64,000 nucleotides of DNA from Neophaeotheca triangularis (lineage: Eukaryota), in NCBI GenBank assembly GCA_054600435.1, contig BAAIJX010000008.1, positions 124,001 through 188,000 of the forward strand. The letters are read 5' to 3'. The position numbers and the translations under genes were made by a program. Numbering within the stretch: the stretch's first letter is position 1; the number at the start of each line of letters is the position of its first letter. Below, piece by piece: positions 1-10,600 of the stretch. The notes beneath the pieces are model-generated. The model saw nothing but the letters and a program-made list of their open reading frames with translations. It made no database searches and was not told the origin of the DNA.

Positions 1-237
1 GGACGGCGATACGGTGGAATCATGGCTGAGGTATGAGGTCCTTGTATCCGCGTGCACGGCAAATGTGTGCTTGTATTTTTTCGAAGACCTCCGATCTGAG
101 ACTACTGCGTTGTCGTTGGGCTTGATGTCTTGCTGTAGTCTTTTGGCTGTTGCGGTTCGAAAGTTGGCTTCGGTCGATTCGCAGCGAGCAGTGCTCGTGG
201 CAGTGCTGATTGCTGATGCCATTTGGGTGGTCTGCAT
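1..237 (-). CDS. MBOAT-family diacylglycerol/sterol O-acyltransferase (DGAT1-type), N-terminal part; gene runs off the left edge
   Basis: ATG at 237 opens MQTTQMASA...SKKYKHTFAVHADTRTSYLSHDSTVSPS to the window edge, resembling the KYxHxxAVH...LSHDS..PSF motif before TM1 of fungal DGAT1-like proteins. Not in the ORF track because no stop is in the window. Confidence 0.75.
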   Translation of the reverse strand, partial: MQTTQMASAISTATSTARCESTEANFRTATAKRLQQDIKPNDNAVVSDRRSSKKYKHTFAVHADTRTSYLSHDSTVSPS

Positions 238-945
238 GGCGCTCGAGGAGGTGTTGGTTCACCTATGCTATCCGCTCATTCGACAAAATGGCTCCAATTT
301 CACATGCTGAGGATCGCTCCCATTGAGGTCTGGAGTGACTGGGCGAGTCTTAGCTATTGGCCGGGTTCCGGCCTCGTTACGAGTGTCAAAGGGGCCGTGG
401 ATTGTTCGATAGCCTGTCACGGTCAAGGAAGTTGGTGCTGTAGATTTGACGAAAGGTCGACATGGCGGACGAGTCCAAGTTAAGGTATGCCCTGTAGGTA
501 CCCTACGCAGGTCCTGGCATTCGCGAATGACGACTGCTCCTTGGAAATGCTGGGCTGAGTGCAGCTGTTGGGAAAGTGGGGCAAGGTACAGACGAAGGGG
601 ATGGGAGCTTTCGTGTGCCTGAGCATTGAGAATGTATACCTCCACTGTCGTGACTTTGTACATGTCTCAAAGACAACCTATAGCATTAACTGTTTGTTGA
701 GCACAGCATTGATCAGAGATGCGAGGTCCACAATCAATTTTGTCGTTTTCCAATGCTTTAATTGAATATATCATCGAACCCTCGTGTCCCCTAAATTTAT
801 GTATCCTAGCTTCCAACACGTCTCCTAAGAAGGCTCTTGATACCAGAACCAAACCTCTCGTGCAATTCGGCCACTTTCAATCCAAGGTAATCCACTCTCC
901 GTTGGGAACGCCGAGCGCCCTCTATTTGTTCTCTCTGGGAAGAGA

Positions 946-2262
946 TCACACATAGCTGACCTTGACACCCATGCCCACCGTTTGCCTAACCTTGCCCCAA
1001 CTTTGCGCCAATGCCCTCCGTAAACGCATCCTCAAATCTCGTCTAGATATCAGGATCAAAAAGGCAAACAAAAACATCAAGAAGCGCGTCGAAATCGCGC
1101 TGACATTCAAATTCTGCCTTGCGTGGCTAAGCATGGCAATTGCACGGTTCAGCATAGTCGGCGAATTTGCCGGAGCAGAAGTAGGCGCAGTTCGTTTGTT
1201 CGTAGGACTGTTTCGGGCTTGATTGTTGGCCGCGCCATTCGGTTTCTGCGCGTTCCTTTGTGGCTTCTTCGACGCCGCTTCTCGTTCGGCCTTGTCTATT
1301 TGCCTACGCGCTTCTTCCGCTGCTCTCTGTTCTGCTTCATCCTTTTCCCTGCGCGCTCTTTCCTCTTCTTCCTTGTCGGCCGCGGCCTTCATCTCTTGTT
1401 CCCTTCTGGCAGCCAATTCCCTCTCCCTGAGCGCAGTTCCATCGCTCTCCTCCTTGAGCTCTTCCAACGCTCTAACAAAGTCTTCCCTCCGCTCCTCGTC
1501 CAAAAGTTCAGACATCTCGATGAAGCTGTGAGCGTAATCCCATTCCTGGTTCGCGGGTAAGACGTGCAGAGTGTATAGTTCCAGAATCTTCAACCTGGAC
1601 GCCAAAGTCTTTGGCGTATCAATAGCTGCAGAAGAAGATAGAGCAGGCGATGCAGTACCGTCGTGCTGGTGGAAGGAAACAGCAACAGCATTTGCCGGGG
1701 AAGCAGCCGCCAGCCAGCTTTCGAGTCTCTGCTGATTGAAGCGTTGACTCGGCATGTGTGAGATGAGCAGAGTCGCTAGATTGACCACGACTTCGGCATC
1801 CACTTCTCCCTCGTCTCCACCGTATCCATCCCGAACAATCTCCTCCCATATCCTGCCCTCCCTGACCTTCGCAGCCAGCTCTCTCCAGCGCGCAGCATCG
1901 CCATCGAACTGCGCCTTGCCTTCCTGCGATCCCAAATCCACAATAGCATGCAACAAGCTCAAATAAAAAACCCAGACCCTCGTGCGCGTGCTTGGTGGGG
2001 CGGCAGCGATGGGAGCGAGCTCCACAACATCTCCGTTTGTGCCATCATGTTGGATTTCCTGTGAGTCTTCTAAATTGCCGGGGGATATGATGGTCTCGAG
2101 GGCATCAAGGGCGTCCTTGAAGCGCTTGGTCAGGTAGAGCTGGGATGCCTGGCGATAGGTCCGTTTGATGAGGGATTGGGTGCTCCGAGAACGGGAGAGG
2201 GAGGACAAGGAACTGCTGAGGTATTCGGGGGGCGAGATAGTCGCAGTAGTGGAGGCCGCCAT
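946..2262 (-). CDS. PEX26: Peroxin 26 (tail-anchored Pex1/Pex6 anchor)
   Basis: Intronless ORF; first ATG at 2262 (the track start at 2304 is TTG). Motifs TYRQASQLYLTKRF, KILELYTLHVLPANQEWDYA, a charged coiled coil, a C-terminal TM helix and the KVRQTVGMGVKVSYV end are typical of filamentous fungal Pex26. Confidence 0.9.
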   Translation of the reverse strand: MAASTTATISPPEYLSSSLSSLSRSRSTQSLIKRTYRQASQLYLTKRFKDALDALETIISPGNLEDSQEIQHDGTNGDVVELAPIAAAPPSTRTRVWVFYLSLLHAIVDLGSQEGKAQFDGDAARWRELAAKVREGRIWEEIVRDGYGGDEGEVDAEVVVNLATLLISHMPSQRFNQQRLESWLAAASPANAVAVSFHQHDGTASPALSSSAAIDTPKTLASRLKILELYTLHVLPANQEWDYAHSFIEMSELLDEERREDFVRALEELKEESDGTALRERELAARREQEMKAAADKEEEERARREKDEAEQRAAEEARRQIDKAEREAASKKPQRNAQKPNGAANNQARNSPTNKRTAPTSAPANSPTMLNRAIAMLSHARQNLNVSAISTRFLMFLFAFLILISRRDLRMRLRRALAQSWGKVRQTVGMGVKVSYV

Positions 2263-2421
2263 GTTGGGCGATGGTGAGGATAATTGCTGAGGGAGTGGTG
2301 GCAATGGTAGAAAGGTGGTAGGAGCTGAAGGCTAGGTCAGGTACAGTACAGTACCTATACCTAGGTATGAAGAGTCGTGGCAGAAGCTCATGGGCAGAGA
2401 GGGCAGGGCTGCCGAGGTTGG

Positions 2422-2560
2422 GACTGTCGGCCATACTTACCTTCGGGACAATTCAGCGATTTTTCGATTTTCGAAATCCGAATTCTTGAATCTTAGATTC
2501 TTGAATTTATGTTTTGTGGTTAGAACAACAACAATCATTGCGGTTAGAACAACAATGGTT
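2422..2560 (+). repeat. Left terminal inverted repeat of the DNA transposon
   Basis: Aligns to the reverse complement of ~28720-28859 (gactgtcggccatac...gaaatccga...agattcttga...atgttttg..gttagaacaacaac). Confidence 0.9.
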
Positions 2561-3624
2561 GTAAGATTTTCAATTCTTTCGCAAATAGATCACCGAGCCT
2601 TCATTGTGCTAGTGGTTAGAACAACATATTAGCTCATAGTCATACTCGTAGGTAGAACAAGAAACCTAGTTAAATTCACGTTTTGTGTATAGAACATCAA
2701 ACTAACAACACACATAGCAGTTAGAACAACAATCGTAAGAAGGACATATTTGCTTATACGGAAAGGGATCTAAACCTATATCATAGTAGCAGTTAGAACA
2801 ACATTTCTAGTCTCCCTCGTTATAATAACAAACCTCTATTATGCTAAGGTTAGAACAACATATCAACTTTCTTCTACCGCCAATGCACCTATTCCCTTAA
2901 TTCCTAGCAGATTCCTTCTCACTTAGGAAAGACGACCTTCTCGAGAAGACTAGCATTGTCACGTCTAGCTACTACAACCTAGCTTCCTTCTCACTTATGT
3001 CCCTTTTTGTAGGTAGTTAGAACAAAAAGCCACCTCCCTTCCTAATTAGCTATATCCGTCTTGCGCTAGTTAATAGCTTTTCCTAGAACAAAAAGTATAC
3101 GTTAATGCACGTAGCGAGGGTATAACGTCTAGTTAGAATAACAATAATGTTTAGTTAGAACAACAATGTTTTTAAGTAGAACAACAACTTAAACAGTTAG
3201 AATAACAACGTTCTAGGTTCCTGATTAGCCGAGAGTCCTCGGCGTCTAGCTTACCCCGGACTACGCCGCATTTACTCAAGCCGTTTTCGGTTCTAGCTTT
3301 GCATTCCTTAACTTTTAGCTTCTTTATACAAACGTCACACTATCTTGCTATAAACAGCACTTTGACCATAAAATGTTCGACATTATAAGCTATAAGCGGC
3401 ATTGTCTTCTCCTCATTCATTTTCATGCGCCGCTTACGGCCTTAGGTATTATCTAACGCCTTAGGCGTTAAAAGCGCTCTCTATCTTACTTATCTCGTCG
3501 ACATTAACTCCGCCTTTACTACACGATTCACTGACTTAATATTCCGCGTAATATAGACACCTCTTTAACCGACGTAGAGGACATATAGACACTACTTAGC
3601 TTAGCGGGTAACGATAGGATAGAC

Positions 3625-4500
3625 ATAGCCGAAGAGTAGGTTTTCGCGCGTATTCCTTTACTAGTTCCTCTACTAGTTCCTCTACTGATTACGGCTCCTT
3701 GCCATAGTAATGCGACTTAACCGCCTACCCTTATTTTAACGAAGTAGTAATAACCCCGATCAAAAAGCTCTACGCCGCCACAGCTACCTAAGGACCTCTC
3801 CTACCTATAGCGACCGAAAACTACGGATACGGGCGCTTTCTAGTTTAGGAGCGAAGATGACTAGAATGCGTTAGTTATAGCAATAGCTTTAGAGTCTAAA
3901 AAGGCCGCCCTATAGCTACTTAAGAAGGTCGACGCTACTAGGCATATAATGGAGACAGAAGAGGGTATTAACGTACTAGTACCTTGCGATAAGTACGTTA
4001 GTCGTAAGGGGGTGCTCTACCGTATATTTAAGGACAAGAGCGAGGCATGCGCTTTTTGCCGTCGTAACGGCAAATCTGCCTATAACGCTCGTAAGAGCCC
4101 GAAGCCCCTTATAAACACTAAGCAGATTACTAGCCTAGAGGAGCTTGTCGAGAGCTTGTTAGATTAGCTATAGATAGTAAATCTACATATCGATAAGTTA
4201 GAGGAGTCGTTTAGGGAGGAGGTTGCAGATGTTAAGGGGGATATATAGCAAACATCGGTAGATCTCACTACTTTAGACAAGGAGTTAAATACTGACATTA
4301 TTAGTTTACACGATAGCTTTAAGGGTTTTAAGGGGGAGATAAAGGTAGTAGTCACAAATATCAGCTCTTAGCTTAAGAAGTTAAGGAGTGCGGTATTAAG
4401 TAGAGAGGATACTACTACGGAGATTTTAGAGTAGGTCGGGGATGTTTATTAGTCGCTTTAAGCGATTACTACTGCGAATACCTAGCGAACGGCCTTGATT
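3625..4500 (+). pseudogene. Transposon accessory gene A: Zn2Cys6-like cluster + long coiled coil, RIP-degraded
   Basis: One frame broken only by TAG/TAA codons. 3985-4083 reads C-DK-Y-VSRKGVL-Y-RIFKDKSEA-C-AF-C-RRNGKSA-Y, where the Y codons TAC/TAT revert to TGC/TGT by G>A RIP. Followed by heptad-rich LEELVESLLD...IDKLEESFREEVADVKGD. Ends approximate. Confidence 0.7.
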
Positions 4501-4712
4501 TACTATAGACATGTGGTCTATAGCCTAGAAGCCTTTGAATTATATATCAACTTCTTTTTTCTACTCGACCTTTATCGGTAAATGTCTTTTATCGATGCCG
4601 TTCGAGCCTAAACTTAGACCCTAATTTAACCGGTAGACGTTATTCATACTTTTTGTTCTAAGAGCCATTAATTACGACCGCATTTGCGCGCTAGCCTATT
4701 ACAAGGCCCCTA

Positions 4713-5080
4713 ATTTGTTGTTCTAACTAAAGACATTATTGTTCTAACTACGCTATTCCCGCGTAATACCGCGCGAGATATGCGCGGGATTCTACGCTAC
4801 AAAACAGTGCCTAGGGTTTTTGTTCTAAGAACAGCTATCCACTAGCGCGTCTGTCTCTCGACCTATTATAACGCTTCAGATTTGTTGTTCTAACTAAAGA
4901 CATTATTGTTCTAACTACGCTATTCCCGTGTACCGCGCGAGATGTGCGTAGGATTCTATACTACAAAACAGTGCCCGGGGTTTTTGTTCTAAGAATAGCT
5001 ACCTACTAGCGCGTCTATCTCTCGACCTATCATAAAGCTTTAGATTTGTTGTTCTAACTAACATACATTGTTGTTCTAAT
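4713..5080 (-). repeat. ~165-bp tandem duplication rich in reverse-oriented AGAACAACAA motifs
   Basis: atttgttgttctaactaaagacattattgttctaactacgctattcccg starts at ~4713 and ~4880, with a partial third unit at ~5044. Confidence 0.85.
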
Positions 5081-5315
5081 TAGGGCTGTAATGTTTAATC
5101 TCCTACGGAATCCGTAGGGGAATATACCGAACTATACGCTAAAACATTACGAGATCCGTAGCGCGTCCTTAGGAGTTAAAAAAGTCGAAAACATCCTATC
5201 ACTAGCGTAGAACTTAAGTTGATCAAGAAAAGGTTCAAAAACTACGAATAGCTACCTAACTAAGTAAAACGGACAACATATAGTAGTAGTAGTACCTAGC
5301 ACACCGGTATACCAC

Positions 5316-6322
5316 TTAATCGGTACACGCGGCGCCGTCGAAACGGCACTACGAGCACTTCCCCTTCCCCTTCTTCCCCTCCTATTACTACTACGCAGCT
5401 ACCGTATAAACACGGTAGCCTACGTAGCCGCGCTCGTAGTAGCGAGTATAAGCTGAGGGGCGGGGGACCCCTTCGCCCCCTACCTCCTTAATATAACCTA
5501 CGTGGGTTAGGCGACGGCGAAAGGCGTCGTTACGCCCTATAAGGAAAAGATTAGTACTAGAACAACAATCGGAACCGCTTAGGGTTTAACTTACTATCCT
5601 ACGCGTTCGTAGCGAAGGTATACTAGGTTACGCTACCCCCTATAGGGCGGCGGAAGGCGAAAGTACTACCCGGAGGGCGGCTAGGGGTCCTTAGTATACC
5701 CGTAGGCATAGGAGTTACCGAGGTAGGGGCGGCGGGAGTCGTGGGGGCCGGGGGGGTAGGCGTAGGAGTAGCGGTAGTAGGAGTAGCGGTAGTAGGGGTA
5801 GCGGTAGTAGGGGTAGCGGTAGTAGCGGTAGTAGGGGTAGGCGTAGGCGTAGTAGTAGTAGGAGTAAAAAGACTAATAGGAGTAGGGGCGAAGAGAGTAG
5901 TAGGGCTAGTAGGAGTAGTAGGGCTAGTAGGAGTAGTAGGGCTAGTAGGGGAAGGCGAAGACGAGGGCGTAGGGGAGGGAGTACGCGAGCGGAAAGGGGA
6001 GCTACCCCTATCGTCCGAGTCGCCCCCGAAGGGGATAGGCCCGTCTAGGGGTAAGCCCCCCTCCGTCGCTAACTCCGTCTCCCTAGTAGGAGTAGGAGTA
6101 GTAGCGGTAGTAGTAGTAGCGCCTAGTAGCCTACCGACGGCACGACTATTAGTCTCGTTAGTTATTAAGCTTAAAAGGTTATAGTAGGTTTAGAACTTAC
6201 GCGACGCGTACCGTCCTACTACGTAAACTACCGCGAGGAAGAGCACTAGTAAGCTAGAGTACGACCGGCTCGTACTACTCTACGCGCGACTACTGTCGCG
6301 CGCGAGCGCGGAACTCGGACAT
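5316..6322 (-). pseudogene. Transposon accessory gene B: spliced, Pro/Ala(Thr)-rich, with C-terminal Cys6 cluster, RIP-degraded
   Basis: ATG at 6322. Intron 5594-5537 (GTAAGT...ACTAAT...TAG) preserves the frame. The last exon reads RRRLTHVGYIKEVGGEGVPRPSA-Y-TR-Y-YERGYVG-Y-RVY..(x19)..C-S*-C-RFDGAA-C. The low-complexity ACT/CCT tract probably derives from GCT/CCT by RIP. Confidence 0.65.
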
Positions 6323-6472
6323 AGTAGTAGTAGTAGTAGTAGTGGTGATGTTAGTGTTAGTGTTAGTGTTAGTGTTAGTAGTAGTGTTAGTTACTAGTAA
6401 AGGCAAGAGGGTGAAAATCGCTAAGGCGAGAAAGAGAAAGAGGAAGAGAGTGGTTTAAGCGAAGGAGCTTAG

Positions 6473-6930
6473 TGTTACGATCCTATAAGGTAGTCTTACG
6501 GGTAGAGCTCGTAGCGGAAGAGGAGAGATATCGAAGAAGGCTAGCAAGGGTGTTTCCTTTATCGTAAGGATTTCAAAGATACGTAAAGTGTCGCTATAGA
6601 CCTTTTAGTAAGATTGTAACATAAGTTAAACACAAATCTCTATCTAGGAAATGTCGCTTCCTAAATACAAAGGAGATTCGTGTTAATCATCCTAATTAGT
6701 AGTGCTTAGTTCTATTAAGCGTCGCTAAGCAAAAGGCATACTTAGTGCTTAAGACTAATCAGTAGTAATTAGTTCAACTAAGCATTACTAAGTAGGAGGC
6801 TACTTAGTTCTTAGCGTGCTTAGTTCTTAGTAAGCTCCGTATGCTTAGCCTCGGAGTCCTACCGTTAGCGTCTTTAGTCTTTATCTAATAATCTCTTCCT
6901 TCCTGTCCTAATCATGTGTTGTCCGTAACA
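6473..6930 (-). repeat. 3' LTR of gypsy copy 1
   Basis: Direct repeat of 13265-13722; about 14 differences by eye, all but one transitions. Confidence 0.97.
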
Positions 6931-7030
6931 CTATCCCCCTTCTAGCTTAGCGTCGTCTCGACGCTAACGTTATAAGTCTCGTGGCTCGCCCTACTCTTTC
7001 TTTTTAGCTAAATCATGGTTTCCTCTTAGC

Positions 7031-7645
7031 ATGCCTAACAACTAGCCTAGCCGCAGCACTATCCGTCGTCGCGAATTAGCAACTTTTGTCGAAACTTACG
7101 GAAAGGATATAGTGAAGCCATATAGAACGTACTCTAAGCATAAGCGTATATGTCGGGTCTATATTCGTTCGGGAAAGTGTAGCGAGTGTCTTCGTCGGGG
7201 TTAGAGGTGTGATCTCTAGGTTTCATCATCGGAATAGGATAGGTTAAAGCGGGAGCGGACGAAACTTTAGTCGTCTATTAAGGAGGCGTTCGAGGCGTAA
7301 CTCTCTACTCGCGTAGTAGAAGAAGAGGCTCGACGGGCTAAAAATGCTACCCGCGAGGCTTTGTCTTCCGCCTTTACTAAGGAATAGCGCTTACGTCGAC
7401 AACTCGATCTCCTAGAGAAACGAGAGGTAGAGGCAATAGCTGTAGAGGAGGCTAGTATCGAGGCTAAAGAGGAGAAGGAAAAGGAGGGCGAAAACGTAAC
7501 GCTCCCTCTCGAGGATTTAGATCCGGGTCTAGGCATCATTCTTTCTCCTTCTACGTAGAATACGTTAGACGGTAGTTTTAATCTCTCGGCCGACTTCTAG
7601 AATTTTAGTGCTAGCGATATTGTTATAGGGCCCTCTAGTAGTTAA
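7031..7645 (+). pseudogene. Antisense ORF of gypsy copy 1: Zn2Cys6-like cluster + coiled coil
   Basis: 205-codon frame: MPNN*PSRSTIRRRELATFVETYGKDIVKP-Y-RT-Y-SKHKRI-C-RVYIRSGK-C-SE-C-LRRG*R-C-DL (CX2CX6CX8CX2CX6C after reverting two TAY codons), then a charged coiled coil RLRRQLDLLEKREVEAIAVEE. Confidence 0.8.
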
Positions 7646-10600
7646 GTAGGTTATCCTTAGGTTCCTAAGTGTTCTCGCTTTAGGATACCCTTTCCACTTT
7701 ACGAGGTAGTTCTAACCGTCTTTGTCTAGAATCTTTTCGACCTCATACTCGGCTTCTTCCTCTAGTAGATCGTGGTGAAAGGTGTCTTAGATTAGTGTTT
7801 CGGCGTCTACTAGCTCAAGTAGGGATATATAAAAGACTAGGTAGACTCTAGCGTCTTTTAGGAGTTAGAGGAGGTAGTTAACCTTTCCTCTTTATTCCTT
7901 AACCAGAAACGGTCCGACTTTAACATAGTCTAGTTTTCGTGTTCGTCTCCTTGTCTTTAGGTTTTTCGTAAGTAGGTACACCTTATCCCCCTTCTTAAGC
8001 TAAGGTGCCGTTTTAGAGTCCTTATGTCTCTATAACTCGAGTCGCCGTTACGACTATGTGATCTTGTCCTTCGCCTATTAGTGTGCTTCTTATAGCTACG
8101 AAGACGTCTGTAGGGCTCTTTCTACGAGCGGTCCTAGCTTTAGTTCTATAAATGTGTTTAGATCCTTTCCGAAATTTGCATAGAACGGTGTTAAGCCTAT
8201 CGTTTCTAAGGCATTGTTGTTAAGTGCGAGCTATGCTATAGGTAAGAGCGCTACCTAATTGTCCTAAGCGTAGTTAACGTAATGCCGCAAATACGTTTCG
8301 AGGGATTAGTTTAAGCGTTCCGTCTATCTATTAGTTTCGGGGTAAAATGCCGTCGAGAGCTTATGTTTTACTCCTATCGCTAATATCAAGGTCTTCTAGT
8401 AATTAGATGTGAAGAGCTTGTCTCTATCCGTAATTAGAACCGTTAGAATGCTGTAGTATCGTACTAGTCTGTTAAGAACGAGATATCCGAGTTCCTCTAT
8501 AGTGATTGTCTCGTTACAGGGAACAAAATGTAAGTACTTCGTGAGTCTGTCGACCATAACTAAAATTGAATCGTAGTCCTTACTTGTCGACGGGTCCTTA
8601 GATCTTAGTAGTTTAACAATAAAATCCATTATAACCTCGTTCTATAGTAGATCCGGTAGCTCTTAGAATTGTAGATTTCTATACTTAGCGTGTCTTAAAG
8701 CTTTGTTTTACTAGTAGCTCGTACATTTCTTGATATACTCTAAGACTTTCTGTCTTATTCCGGGGAACACGAAGTTATGTCTAATGTATTCTACTGTTCT
8801 AGTAATTCCTAGATGTCCGTTAGTAGGTCTATCGTAGTGATCCTAGATGTACTAGCGTTCCTTCTCGTTTAGAACCCTAAACTTCCTATGTTCGACAGGG
8901 AATTCCTCGGTATTATCCCTAAGTACTCGTAGTACTAAGTTAAACTCTTAGGGGTTAGCGCTTAGGCTTCCGTCCTTATTAACCTTCAGTATACGGTGTT
9001 GTTATAGAAGGTATCCTTCTATATAGTCGCTTCTTCTACTTAGCGCGTCGGCGCGCCTATTGTCTTTTCCGGGAGTGTAAACTATGTCGAACTTGTATTG
9101 TCCGAGTAGCTCTAACTATCTGCATTGTTAGCGTAATAGTTCCTTAGTAGTTATGAAATATTGTAGGTTCTTATAATCCGAGTAAATAGTTAGTCCGGTT
9201 ACTCCTTCACAGTATACTCTCTAGTATCGTAATACTATAACAATTGCGAGTAGTTCTTTGTCGTAGATCTCGTAATTCTGTTCCGCTAGTGACATTTTCC
9301 TTAAGAAGTAGGCGATAGGGTGTCGTTTGCTTTTAACCTCCTACGTAAGGTAAGCTCCTATTGCTCTATCGGAGGCATTAGTCTCGATTTAGATAGGTCT
9401 CTTAGGGTTAAACATCCTTAGCGTAGGGGCAGTCGTACATAACTCCTTAAGCTTATCGAAGGATTATTGTTAAATCTTTCCCTATACGAATAGTGTATCC
9501 TTTTTCGTAAGGTTAGTTAGAGGTATAGCGAGCCTTAAGTAATCCTTTACGAATTTCCGATTGTAGTTAGCTAATCCGAGGAATGCTTAAATGTCTTTAA
9601 CTGATTTAGGTGTCGGCTATTCCTCGATCGATTAAGTTTTCTTCGGGTCTATTCGGATCCTAGTAGTACTAATCACAAAACCTAGAAAGTCGACTTCCTT
9701 CTTATAGAACTCGCATTTCTCTAGTGCTGTTCTGAAGTCTACTTTATCGAGTCGTTCGAATACTGCGTGTACGTCCTTTATATACTATTCTCGTGATCCT
9801 TTCGTGAAGACTAATATGTCGTCGATATAAGCGATGATAGTAATGTCGAGTAGGTCTCGTAGGATGTCGTTAACGAGTTGCTAACAGGTTACTAGGGCGT
9901 TTGTAAGTCCTATAGGCATAACCTAGAATTCGTAAAGTCCGTAGCGCGTTCGAAAAGCTGTTTTCTACTCTTCCCCCCTTGCTATTCTAACTAAGTAGAA
10001 TGTATCTCGGAGATCGATTTTAGTAAACTAGTGTAAACCGGTGAGTCGATCTCTTATCTCGTCGATGTTAGGTAGTGGATAACGGTTTTTAGTAGTGATC
10101 GCATTAAGTCGTCTAAAATCGATAACCATTCGTAGTTTTCCTCCTTTTTTCGGAACGAAAAACGGTAGTAAAGCGGCTAATGAAGTAGAGGGTCAAATCT
10201 ATCCTTTCTTCATTTTCTCATCTAGCCATTATCGTTACTCTTCGAGCTCTTTTTCGGATAGCGCGTAAAGTGGCCCCTATAGTATCTTCGTACCGGGCTA
10301 AATGTCGATTCGGTAGTCCTATAGTTAATGTCTAGGTAGAGCGGCTACTCCTCCCTCTTCCTAGAAAAGGCGCTTCTATTTCCTGAATTCTCTAGGGATA
10401 TCCGAAGGTACGTGACTTCCTTCCTTAACTCTTACCTGTTAGTCCGTTTAGGCTAGTTCGGTACCTGTAGAGTCCGATCTAATTCGTATTAGTATCGTGG
10501 TCGATTAGCGATACGTTTCGTTAATCTGCCTTCTCTTATCTACCGTCGATCGCTGCCGGCGCGTAGGGTAGGTTGTAGTGACGTAACTATACCTGTCGAA

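Noticed and set aside
5741..6184. 147-aa Val/Gly-rich plus-strand ORF
   Set aside because: Antisense shadow of the Pro/Ala-rich tract of accessory gene B.
6323..6395. (GTTAGT)n as an interstitial telomere
   Set aside because: Not TTAGGG; best explained as a RIP-mutated GGT/GTTGGT microsatellite.
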